A stretch of DNA of 64,000 nt from a virus. The DNA lies in the IMG/VR virus record IMGVR_UViG_3300003154_000789, positions 61,331 through 125,330 of that record; one strand, 5' to 3'. The position numbers and the translations under genes are program-made. Below, piece after piece: positions 8,348 to 16,979 of the stretch. How positions within the stretch are numbered: the stretch's first letter is position 1; each line of letters starts with the position of its first letter. The notes below the pieces were generated by a model. It was not told the origin of the DNA. It saw nothing but the letters and a program-made list of their open reading frames with translations, and ran no database searches.

Positions 8348-8589
8348 TACTTGTTGGTCACTGTCGCTACGCCTTCCTCATTGCTGAGGGCATTGGGTCT
8401 CTCCCAACCACCTTTGACCTGAACTATTGAACAGGTTGTGATCAAGTTTTCCGGGTACTCCAGAGCTAACCGGGTTTATAACACTTCTGGATAGTGTCGA
8501 AGTGAGTATTCTGTCTAAGTTTTATTCCTCACATAACCTACTTACGTCAGAGCCACACTGTGGATGCTTTACACAGGTTCTAATCTTCA

Positions 8590-8790
8590 TTAAGCCTTTA
8601 CAACATTGACTGCTGCAGGACCTTTGTCGCCCTGTTCAATGTCAAAAGAAACTTTGTCGCCTTCAGCCAAGGATTTAAACCCATCAGCTTTGATAGCGGA
8701 AAAATGTACGAATACATCTTTACCATTAGCTTGTTCGATGAAGCCAAAACCCTTGCTGTCATTGAACCATTTAACGATACCGTTTGCCAT
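8590..8790 (-). CDS. cspA: cold-shock protein
   Basis: [13 protein letters not shown]...DVFVHFSAI (RNP1/RNP2); strong RBS AAGGAGG. Confidence 0.96.
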   Translation of the reverse strand: MANGIVKWFNDSKGFGFIEQANGKDVFVHFSAIKADGFKSLAEGDKVSFDIEQGDKGPAAVNVVKA

Positions 8791-8909
8791 TTACGTATAA
8801 CACCTCCTTTTAGTTTATTTTTTGTTTCACTGCCAAGGGTGTTACATAGCGAACGGTATTGCTAGCGAACGGAACTGTATTGCCTTGTACTTATGATGAA
8901 ACTTAAAGA

Positions 8910-8979
8910 GCGGAGAGACACTTCGAATACGGTGTTGTTTTCATTTCCATTGAAGTAACCGTGTTCTTCACTGCTCCAC
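8910..8979 (-). ncRNA. Y-RNA-like ncRNA 3 (minimal copy)
   Basis: GUGGAG/CUCCGC stem; CAGUGAAG...GUUACUUCA motif; GAACACGGU/ACCGUAUUC inner stem. Confidence 0.7.
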
Positions 8980-8986
8980 TACTTAT

Positions 8987-9167
8987 GACAGAGAGATTAT
9001 TTGAAGTTCGGAGATAAACAAGTCGCGGCTTTCATGGAGAAGCCCGCAGCAACCCACGACACATATGTTTTATGTCGCAAAATTAACAGGAACAAACTCT
9101 ATTATACACCAATATACAATTTACAATTGTAGTTATATGAAGTATCCGAATATCTCACTACTCTGTC
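8987..9167 (-). ncRNA. Y-RNA-like ncRNA 4 (multi-hairpin insert)
   Basis: GACAGAG/CUCUGUC stem; UAGUGAG...AUACUUCA motif; UUCGGA/UCCGAA inner stem; internal hairpins. Confidence 0.65.
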
Positions 9168-9214
9168 TATGAATAACGTCTCTTGAAGAGACGATAATTC
9201 CTTTCATATTTTAA

Positions 9215-9242
9215 AGATAATCATTCTCTTGTATTTGTCAAG
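9215..9242 (-). promoter_or_regulatory. putative sigma70-type promoter upstream of the ncRNA/csp cluster
   Basis: TTGACA (9242-9237), 16-nt spacer, TATCTT (9220-9215) on the minus strand in AT-rich intergenic DNA. Confidence 0.45.
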
Positions 9243-9454
9243 AGGAAAAAATAATTATCCTGTATTTATTATGAGGTTAGTTTATTATCCAAGATATCCA
9301 ACATTGGATAGAAGATTTTCCACGCTTTCCGGTTGCTTGACTAGCATGCCTCGTGTAGAACGAAAAGTTTCAGAATTAATAAATCCACTTTCCCTTGCAT
9401 CAGATAAAAAATAATATAGACACGATGCGTAACTACAGTTAAATACATGTTTTA

Positions 9455-9679
9455 TTACTGTTGTTTTTCGGGCAACACGTTTCTGCATAATATTTTCCTA
9501 ATGAATTTCTCAACCATCGATGGAGTGACACCACCATCAAACAAAGTAGAAGAATACAGACCATCGATTTGTACCACTAATTTGCTTCCATTATCCAAAG
9601 AGTTGGAAGATTTCACAACATATCTGTATTCTTTTCCATCGACTATTATCTTACGTGAACCCTTCTTCGGTAATGCCAT
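9455..9679 (-). CDS. hypothetical protein
   Basis: MALPKKGSRKIIVDGKEYRY..., RBS AGGAGA. Confidence 0.65.
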   Translation of the reverse strand: MALPKKGSRKIIVDGKEYRYVVKSSNSLDNGSKLVVQIDGLYSSTLFDGGVTPSMVEKFIRKILCRNVLPEKQQ

Positions 9680-9690
9680 ACTGTCTCTCC

Positions 9691-11133
9691 TTATTCAAAC
9701 TTCCGGCAATCTTCCTCATCGCTCTCATAGCTTTGAATATTGCCGTGTAGATACTCAGTTGTGAGCTTTAATAAATCAAGCTCATTGTTCAGTTTCGGAT
9801 CATCAAGAACTCTATTAAGGAGAAATTTCAAGATATTTCCTATTTGAATTCCTGGCTTCAAATTGAAGATTTCCATGAGTTTATTCCCATTTATCTTCAA
9901 GTCTCTTATTTCGAAGCCATTGCTTTCACGATAGATCTCCAATATTTTATGCTCAAAATCTTTCTGTCTTTCTGTGACAGCGACCCCTTTAAGCCCATTA
10001 CCGAGTCTTTCAGCAGCACGTAGTTTGAACAGTGGAAAGTTACCTATCTTTCCCTCTGTCATATATTCTTTTCCTATTTCAACTCTTCGGATGAATTTAC
10101 GTATAGCTGAATCTGTCCACTCGCGTGTGAAATGAAACATGTGAAACTTAACAAGCATAAGAACCTGCTTTGTAGTTTCTGCATCATATTTTAGACGTCT
10201 AAGAAAATCTCGTGCTAACTTGGCACTAACCATCTCGTGTTTGTGAAACGTGGTTCTCTTTTCGTGATCATCTTTGGTTACTCTCCGAGTTTCTGGCTTC
10301 CCAATATCGTGTAGCAAGCCAGCCAATCTTATTACCAAATTACTTTCACAATGATCAACAGTGTAAATGAGATGGTTAAACACGTCATATTTATGATATT
10401 TGTTGTCCTGTTTGACTCCTACACAGGCATCCAATTCCGGAGATATGTATTCAAGTAACCCGACTCGTCTTAAAAATCGAAGGTATTTACTTGGTCTTTT
10501 AGACATCAGGATTTTATTGAACTCTGCTCTGATAACTTCTACCGGGCATTTGCTAATTAAAGCTGCGTTGCTTTTTATAGCGTCGATCAATTCATTGTTG
10601 ATTGTGTATTCTGTACGAGCAGAAAGTGATATTGCACGAAGCATACGAATTGGAGATTCTTTAATACGCTCATTTGGACTACCATTAGAAGACAATCTTC
10701 TATTTACAATGTCTTTTCTACCGCCAACAAGATCGATTATATCCTTTTTGGACGAAAAATTAATCGGTAAATAAAGAGCATTTATTTTAAAATCTCTGAA
10801 TCTTACATCTTGTTGCAAAGTGTTGCTTGGATCTGAGAGTTGTTTCTTACCTTTTCTTGGTAAAGTAATTTGTGCCTCTATTGGATCATCAAAAGCTTTA
10901 AACAGTATGATGTTGATTTCAAATAGATCACTGGTTCTAGCCAAACTAACCTCTTTTATGCTCCCATATTGCCGCAAGAATGTCTTTATACTCTTTAAGG
11001 ACAGATTTCTTACAACAATATCCAAATCTGAATTACTTTTGTTTCTCAAAAAATCCCGCACAAAACCACCAACAATGAATACCTCTGCTTTTGTCTCTCT
11101 ATCGAGACGCTGCAATACTTCGATGGTTTTCAT
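9691..11133 (-). CDS. CCA-adding/poly(A) polymerase-family nucleotidyltransferase with HD domain
   Basis: GGFVRD...DLDI (motif A), RDFKINAL, RMLRAI, HKYDVFNH...LLHDIGKP (HD); likely start MKTIEV at 11133. Confidence 0.9.
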   Translation of the reverse strand: MKTIEVLQRLDRETKAEVFIVGGFVRDFLRNKSNSDLDIVVRNLSLKSIKTFLRQYGSIKEVSLARTSDLFEINIILFKAFDDPIEAQITLPRKGKKQLSDPSNTLQQDVRFRDFKINALYLPINFSSKKDIIDLVGGRKDIVNRRLSSNGSPNERIKESPIRMLRAISLSARTEYTINNELIDAIKSNAALISKCPVEVIRAEFNKILMSKRPSKYLRFLRRVGLLEYISPELDACVGVKQDNKYHKYDVFNHLIYTVDHCESNLVIRLAGLLHDIGKPETRRVTKDDHEKRTTFHKHEMVSAKLARDFLRRLKYDAETTKQVLMLVKFHMFHFTREWTDSAIRKFIRRVEIGKEYMTEGKIGNFPLFKLRAAERLGNGLKGVAVTERQKDFEHKILEIYRESNGFEIRDLKINGNKLMEIFNLKPGIQIGNILKFLLNRVLDDPKLNNELDLLKLTTEYLHGNIQSYESDEEDCRKFE

Positions 11134-11161
11134 TTTATTTTTTATCTCCTTTACAGATTTA

Positions 11162-11486
11162 CGATTTCCTATTTTATTTTTTTGATGATTTTTTATCTTT
11201 CGACCACGATGATGGTCTATCCAGTGGGCATACTTCGGGATCACACGCTACGGGAAACTTGCATTTTATGAGCTTATGTTCACAAGTATCGTCTTCTTCC
11301 CCCAAAAATTCACAGTCATTTCTTAATACATCCCACAGTTTTTCGGCCTCATCGGACCTCTGGTTGAATATTTTGGATTGTTTTGTCAATATTTTCACTT
11401 CTTTCTTGAGATATTTTAGCCTTTCTATATCCATAGCGAATTCCCGTTTTATTTTTTTTGAAGATTTTTTATCCTACGACCATGAT
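11162..11486. repeat. imperfect ~50-bp direct repeat pair (about 11162-11213 and 11438-11486)
   Basis: cgatttcctattttatttttttgatgattttttatctttcgaccacgat vs cgaattcccgttttattttttttgaagattttttatcctacgaccatgat. Confidence 0.6.
11174..11434 (-). CDS. hypothetical protein
   Basis: ORF with Cys cluster CEHKLIKCKFPVACDPEVC. Confidence 0.55.
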   Translation of the reverse strand: MDIERLKYLKKEVKILTKQSKIFNQRSDEAEKLWDVLRNDCEFLGEEDDTCEHKLIKCKFPVACDPEVCPLDRPSSWSKDKKSSKK

Positions 11487-11491
11487 AACCA

Positions 11492-12385
11492 TCATAGCGT
11501 ACCCTCTTCCATCATGGAAAGAATCCTTTTCTTGAGAGCAGTTAGTTTTCCGGATACCCAACTTTTAGATTTTCCGAAAGTTGCACCAATTTCATCAAAG
11601 GATTTATCAAGCATAATCCCTTCACAAATTAAAAGTTCTTGTTCTGTCATGTATTCTTTCAGTTTTTCAACTATACAAGCAGCTTCAAGAGTTTCGGAAT
11701 TTCTTTTATGAATCTCATTTGGAACTTGTTCTACATATTCGGTATCGGTTGGTATTACCTCTATTCTTTCCACAAACTTTTCATAAGCGACCCCAGCTCT
11801 TTTCGCCGCCAAAGAAATATTCTTCGCTAAATCCAAGCACTTTTCAATGTCGCTTGAAAATATACCGCAACTTGAATACACTTCCTCAGATGTGGTTTTC
11901 TCAACGATGACGATTTTCCAATCGATATTGAGTTTCTCGCAAATCATTTTTATCTTTTTTAAATTAGAATTTGCCTTTTTGATGTAAACGGGCACAGAAA
12001 TTATTGCCGAATTGCTTCTAACGAACTCATTCAAAGTGTCGCGTATTACAAATTTAGCATATGCTTCAAAATTATCACTTCGAGTTGGATCCCAATCTCG
12101 ATATGCACGTGCTAAACCTATAAGTGATTCACCAAAAAGATCAGATTTACTCATACCGGTGGATATCGAATACGAGTATGATAGATTATTGAGTATTTTT
12201 TCAAAACGGTTATAGATGTTTTCTGCTTCTACCGGAGTGTCAGCAAGGAAATATGCTGGCATCTCTTCAGTTTTCTTTAATACTGTTTGAGTTATAACAT
12301 CAAATTTATATCCACCTTTGTTTTTGTAGCGTCCATCATCATCATTTCCATCCCAATTTATTGGTTTGTCTTTAAATGGTGTCAT
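11492..12385 (-). CDS. sigma-70-family RNA polymerase sigma factor
   Basis: Region 2 DLFGESLIGLARAYRDWDPTR..NFEAYAKFVIRDTLNEFVR; region 4 HTH SFDEIGATFGKSKSWVS; start uncertain (12385-12445). Confidence 0.85.
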   Translation of the reverse strand: MTPFKDKPINWDGNDDDGRYKNKGGYKFDVITQTVLKKTEEMPAYFLADTPVEAENIYNRFEKILNNLSYSYSISTGMSKSDLFGESLIGLARAYRDWDPTRSDNFEAYAKFVIRDTLNEFVRSNSAIISVPVYIKKANSNLKKIKMICEKLNIDWKIVIVEKTTSEEVYSSCGIFSSDIEKCLDLAKNISLAAKRAGVAYEKFVERIEVIPTDTEYVEQVPNEIHKRNSETLEAACIVEKLKEYMTEQELLICEGIMLDKSFDEIGATFGKSKSWVSGKLTALKKRILSMMEEGTL

Positions 12386-12386
12386 A

Positions 12387-13367
12387 TCATGCTCTCTCGT
12401 AATTAAAGTCAATTTCCTTTTTGATAAAACGAGTGGTTTTGCCATTGACTTTCAAGTATTGAACTCCTTTATCCGTTATAATGCGACCCTTACCACTAAT
12501 AACAATCAATCCTTTTCTGATTAGGTAAGGTTCAGCAAAATCTCGAATACTTTTACTGTCTTCCTGTAATATAATGGATAGATTATCTAATCCAACAGGA
12601 ATTCCAGTTTCGAACAGCGTCTTTAATATTCTCAATTCTAGCGTGGTAAAACCTTCTTCATCAACACCAAGTTCTTCAAAAGCCTCTTGGATTATTGGAG
12701 CAGTGGCTATTATCGCTTTTATTGAAAGCATTTTGTCACGTATTCTTTCTACAAAACCGACGGCTATTCTGGGTGTTCCCCTGCTACGTTTCGCTATTTC
12801 AAGCACTCCGGCTGGAGTGATTTTAATTTTTAATCGTGCAGCATGATAACTTACAATGTTCTCCATTTCTGGTAATTCATAAGGCTGAAAATTAAATACC
12901 AATTTGAATCTATCCCTGAATGGTTTCGATAACTTTCCAGCTAAAGTAGTTGCTCCTACCAAAGTAAAGAAAGGTACCCAGAAATATTTATTGGGTTTAT
13001 TGGCTTCAATCATGAAACGTTCCATAACTAAACCCAAGGGCTCCTGTCCTTTTATATTCAGATTATGAATTTCATCGATGAATAGAATGGTTGGTCTTAT
13101 TTTTCCGATACGATTTCCCATGTCATCATAGTTTTCATGATTAAGTTGATCTAGAACATTGAGTACATGTTCATGATCTTTAAGCTCATCTGGTACAACC
13201 GATAGAAATGGGGCTTTTGTTATTTCGGCTATATAGCGAGCCATCGTTGTTTTTCCACAACCGGCAGCACCAGAGAAAAGCATATGAGGTATTGCCATAT
13301 TACGTATGTTAGCCGCTTTGATGGATACCTCTAACTGTTTTTTAGTATTCTCATGCCCAATTACCAT
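12387..13367 (-). CDS. ruvB: Holliday junction branch migration ATPase RuvB
   Basis: GAAGCGKTT Walker A, LFIDEIH Walker B, LVGATT, PFRDRF, RGTPRIA, EPYLIRKGLI. Confidence 0.92.
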   Translation of the reverse strand: MVIGHENTKKQLEVSIKAANIRNMAIPHMLFSGAAGCGKTTMARYIAEITKAPFLSVVPDELKDHEHVLNVLDQLNHENYDDMGNRIGKIRPTILFIDEIHNLNIKGQEPLGLVMERFMIEANKPNKYFWVPFFTLVGATTLAGKLSKPFRDRFKLVFNFQPYELPEMENIVSYHAARLKIKITPAGVLEIAKRSRGTPRIAVGFVERIRDKMLSIKAIIATAPIIQEAFEELGVDEEGFTTLELRILKTLFETGIPVGLDNLSIILQEDSKSIRDFAEPYLIRKGLIVISGKGRIITDKGVQYLKVNGKTTRFIKKEIDFNYERA

Positions 13368-13376
13368 TATTATCTC

Positions 13377-14129
13377 CTAGCAGCAGAACCCCATACCATT
13401 GCGATAATAATTCTCATCGTCGATTTCATCTGCAACACCAGTACCGTCGGCGTCTTCACCCATGGTTTCTGGAAGTACGGGATTAAAAGTTCCTTCCATG
13501 ATCTGATTTATCTTCTCTTCCATTAAATCAAGAGCTGCTTTAAGGGGCTTCTTGTTTTGTGTACGACCTAATACTGCAGGCTCAGGCTCAGCCTTAACCG
13601 CTGTTTTGGTATATGTACCTGCAAAATTGTTATAACGTGTAGTCGTGTTAACGAAAGATCCAACACCAGTGGAAGTAGCACCAGTTGTACTGGTAGATTT
13701 TTCGATTGGTTTCCCCTCAGTATATTCCTTCGGGACATTGGTAAATTTTTTGATATCCAATATTCTTGGGTCGTTTTCAAGACCATAGTTATTGGTTATC
13801 ATATCTGAATAAATCTTTTCCACCATTTCTGTCGCCAGAGATTGATCGATGTCCTCGGCGGTGAGATATGTCATGTTCTTATAGTCGTCCTCAAGTTCCT
13901 CAATCGTCATAATATTGTAGAATTTAAGATTGAGAACGTTTGTAGATTCCTTAAGACCATGTAAAAGTATGAATTTTTCATCATTTTTCTCAATGATACC
14001 CTTGAACAATCCGGCAACAACATCATACTTCGAATCTTTGTTCAATATCATTTCGAGATACACATAATTTGTCTTACAGGCTGCTTGCGTAGTATTCTGG
14101 TCTACCACCATGATTCTTTCTCCTTCCAT
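13377..14129 (-). CDS. hypothetical protein
   Basis: 250-aa ORF with Thr-rich linker. Confidence 0.7.
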   Translation of the reverse strand: MEGERIMVVDQNTTQAACKTNYVYLEMILNKDSKYDVVAGLFKGIIEKNDEKFILLHGLKESTNVLNLKFYNIMTIEELEDDYKNMTYLTAEDIDQSLATEMVEKIYSDMITNNYGLENDPRILDIKKFTNVPKEYTEGKPIEKSTSTTGATSTGVGSFVNTTTRYNNFAGTYTKTAVKAEPEPAVLGRTQNKKPLKAALDLMEEKINQIMEGTFNPVLPETMGEDADGTGVADEIDDENYYRNGMGFCC

Positions 14130-14538
14130 AAGTTAATGTCCAATGGTCTCGAAACCAGTGTCTGGTTATATACTTGAATCCCAAAGACGTAGCAAGTCTT
14201 AAACTTGCTATATTATCCTCACGAATCGTCATATATACAAATTCCGTTTCAGAGTAATTTATTGCCAAGGTTGTCAGTCGTTTCGCTATACCCATTCGTT
14301 GATGCGAAGGAAGAACACAAATATGCTGAATTTTAGTCAACGTATCATATTCTTCGAAATGCGATGCACAGCCCACCACAGTCGTATTTTCCAACTCTAC
14401 GAAGTAGCGGGCTGGAGTCATTAAAAGTGACTGAGCAGAAAACTTTGTAGCCCACTTGTTATACTGATTGAGCATATTAGCTATTTGTATAGCCATACTC
14501 TGTTCTGATACAGATACGTAGAATTCTGCCATAACCAC
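14074..14538 (-). CDS. GNAT-family acetyltransferase
   Basis: ICVLPSHQRMGIAKRL (acetyl-CoA motif A); N-x-x-S-x-x-L...LGF. Confidence 0.85.
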   Translation of the reverse strand: MVMAEFYVSVSEQSMAIQIANMLNQYNKWATKFSAQSLLMTPARYFVELENTTVVGCASHFEEYDTLTKIQHICVLPSHQRMGIAKRLTTLAINYSETEFVYMTIREDNIASLRLATSLGFKYITRHWFRDHWTLTYGRRKNHGGRPEYYASSL

Positions 14539-14541
14539 CTC

Positions 14542-15648
14542 TTAACCAAACATCTTCTTGAAAATATTACCCAATACTGACGCCTCTTCCTCATCAGCGG
14601 CAGCGACCATATCGCTCATCAACTTGACTTTCTCAGCCAGGGATTTCTTCTTATCACCGGCAACCGTTTTTGCATTATCCTTTGGAATTCCAATTACGGC
14701 TTCTTTTGGGACTTCTGCCGATTTTGGCTGAAGAATGTTTGTAATATTTGTACGAAATGCTTCCACCCACGCATCAAACGTGGTTTCTTCGAGACCAGGA
14801 CCTGAATTCACCTCAATGACCCAGGGCTTTCCGGCTGCATCAATACAGCAATCCACAGCTCCAAAGTCCAGACCGATTGCTTTCAGAGCCTTGACAGCTT
14901 CTGCTTCGAGGGCTTTGTCGATGGTTTTCACACGAACGAATTTCCAACCGAGACGGTTGGACCGAATGAGCATGTTTGCACCATCCTGGGCGAACTTCTT
15001 GGCCTGCCGACGAAGAAAAACATCCATAGTTTTCTCATCCAAAGCATCTCCATTCTTGGCAGCCAGGGAAACTTGTCGATCTTTCTCATGTTTGATGTAT
15101 GCTTCTTCCATTTCTTCGGTGGTACGTTTGGTTTTCTTTACGGCGTAGATCACCTTATCACCGACTGTATGAAGACGGAATTCGTCTTTGATTTCGATAA
15201 GATTTTGAAAATACCCGGCTCCCTCATCAATTGCCGCCAGAACATGAGACATAGTAGGGCAGTTCCAGAAACCTTTTCCGCCCTGATGGAAATTTGTACG
15301 TCCTATGACCGGTAGAATAACCGCCGATTTGGGCTGGTTTATGGTCTTTGCATGTGCTGTGTCGATAAATGGTGCTACATTCACACCGGCAGCTTGCATC
15401 AGCTTCAAAGATTCCATTTTGTTCCGGTTCAACGCGATTTTATCCGGATGATTCAATACGGGAATGCCGCCTATGGCTGTTGCTTCTTTGGTTTTCACTC
15501 CCCAACCGACGATCATACACACGTCTTTTACTGCCGGTTTCTTATCACCGTGTTTCATTCCAAGAGCTTCTGCGAGCTTTTTACCCGTAACATCTGTTGC
15601 TCCGCTGTACCAAAGATAGGCATTGTTTATGTTTTTGTCAACTGGCAT
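14542..15648 (-). CDS. ATP-grasp amide ligase (RimK-like)
   Basis: NKMESL..M, EFRLH, FGAVD...PWVIEVNSGPGL. Confidence 0.88.
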   Translation of the reverse strand: MPVDKNINNAYLWYSGATDVTGKKLAEALGMKHGDKKPAVKDVCMIVGWGVKTKEATAIGGIPVLNHPDKIALNRNKMESLKLMQAAGVNVAPFIDTAHAKTINQPKSAVILPVIGRTNFHQGGKGFWNCPTMSHVLAAIDEGAGYFQNLIEIKDEFRLHTVGDKVIYAVKKTKRTTEEMEEAYIKHEKDRQVSLAAKNGDALDEKTMDVFLRRQAKKFAQDGANMLIRSNRLGWKFVRVKTIDKALEAEAVKALKAIGLDFGAVDCCIDAAGKPWVIEVNSGPGLEETTFDAWVEAFRTNITNILQPKSAEVPKEAVIGIPKDNAKTVAGDKKKSLAEKVKLMSDMVAAADEEEASVLGNIFKKMFG

Positions 15649-15672
15649 TTTAAATATTTCTCCTTTAAGGGT

Positions 15673-16968
15673 TTAGTTCAGAAATTTAGCTCCTTCAAGC
15701 CAATTTTTCTGGAGGGTTTTGTCATAGTCTTGGAATGTTTTAGTACTGTTTTTCAACACTTCATAAAGACCATCAATGTACGTCGAATACATATTGTAGG
15801 TGGTTAGCTTTTTCATACGTCCCCACCAGGCTTTGAGAAACTTTGTAGAAATTCTGTTAACGTCTGATTTGTGAAGAAGTTCTATCATACTCTTTGACGA
15901 TAGGTTGCATCCTATATCGTTTACCAGGGGAATTTCTCCCCAATGATTGAAGTCCTCTTCCCATATATGGGCATTTCGCAATTTAGTTGGGTACATATAT
16001 TCGAGATCGAAGTTCTTATCCGCAACATGTCGATAGACCTCGTCAATAATCGCTTTGGCAGTGCCCAGGACAAGCGTAGAAAGGACTGGATGCATCAACC
16101 ACATACCACTCAACGTCCTGTGCTCCAATCTTCCATTGCACAACCTGAACTCACCAAAGTAACCATATTTACCCATAGTACATTCTGTGCGTCTTGCCCT
16201 ACCAGAAGCTGTACCATCAATTTTAATCATGGGAACAGACAGCAATTCATCCAGAATCTTGTTGAAGCTTCTGAAGAAATCTTCTCTTCTTCCGCCCTCA
16301 ATTCTGGCAACTTGAATTGGGTTTCCGATATGAATATGACCGCCGATTGGATAATCCCGATTTACATCCTTGTAATAGCAGCCAGCCACCCAACGATAAG
16401 GCTTTATGCTATTTACATGTTTGTTATCAGCCAAAAGAACCCTGATATTTTCAACGAGTTCTTCTGGTGAGATCGCCGGTTTTGGTCTTATCTCCGCCAT
16501 GGCTCCATCGCAGCCTATAGGACCATTAAAGCTGAGAACATTATTGGCTCTTACGATATTGTTGTCATTGTCAAACAAAATGAACTCGGGATCAGCTCCG
16601 ATAACCGTATCGTTTACATCTTTGGTTATCCAGATGCTTTTATATGGATTCTTATCTCCACTCCCCGTTATCTTTTGGAAAGTTTTGGTAGTGACGAAGC
16701 CTGCTCTGCTCAATTCTTCTTCGCTAATTCCATTGGCACGAGCTTTCTTTATATCTTCCGAAAATGCTTGGAAAATATTCAAAAGCATAGCCCCTCCCAG
16801 CCTTTTTTCTGTACTTTTGGTATCTGGGTATATCTCTACATTTTCATCGAAACCCAGAGTTTCACGAGCGGTCTTACTCATACGAACAAGACCGTGCTCA
16901 TTCCTACCCTCTTTCTTATTTTGATCCATTTTTTCGGATGGAATGAGCGTTAGTCTTTCACGAGCCAT
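15673..16968 (-). CDS. phiEco32-like COOH-NH2 ligase #1 with N-terminal accessory domain
   Basis: IGADPEF, GCDG..AEIRP, GGHIHIG, GYFGEFR, LEHRTLSG-x-W. Confidence 0.85.
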   Translation of the reverse strand: MARERLTLIPSEKMDQNKKEGRNEHGLVRMSKTARETLGFDENVEIYPDTKSTEKRLGGAMLLNIFQAFSEDIKKARANGISEEELSRAGFVTTKTFQKITGSGDKNPYKSIWITKDVNDTVIGADPEFILFDNDNNIVRANNVLSFNGPIGCDGAMAEIRPKPAISPEELVENIRVLLADNKHVNSIKPYRWVAGCYYKDVNRDYPIGGHIHIGNPIQVARIEGGRREDFFRSFNKILDELLSVPMIKIDGTASGRARRTECTMGKYGYFGEFRLCNGRLEHRTLSGMWLMHPVLSTLVLGTAKAIIDEVYRHVADKNFDLEYMYPTKLRNAHIWEEDFNHWGEIPLVNDIGCNLSSKSMIELLHKSDVNRISTKFLKAWWGRMKKLTTYNMYSTYIDGLYEVLKNSTKTFQDYDKTLQKNWLEGAKFLN

Positions 16969-16979
16969 TTATGTACCTC

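Noticed and set aside
8350-8500. HDV-like/theta or hammerhead ribozyme near the tRNA region
   Set aside because: I could not place the nested double pseudoknot or the CUGAUGA/GAAA core by eye; kept only as an unassigned structured region.
6728-9167. The recurring GAAGTA...TTCACT.CTCCAC motif as a CRISPR array
   Set aside because: Spacing is irregular (tens of bases to 1.3 kb), copies are degenerate and paired with distal inverted partners, and no cas genes are seen; it fits structured RNAs instead.
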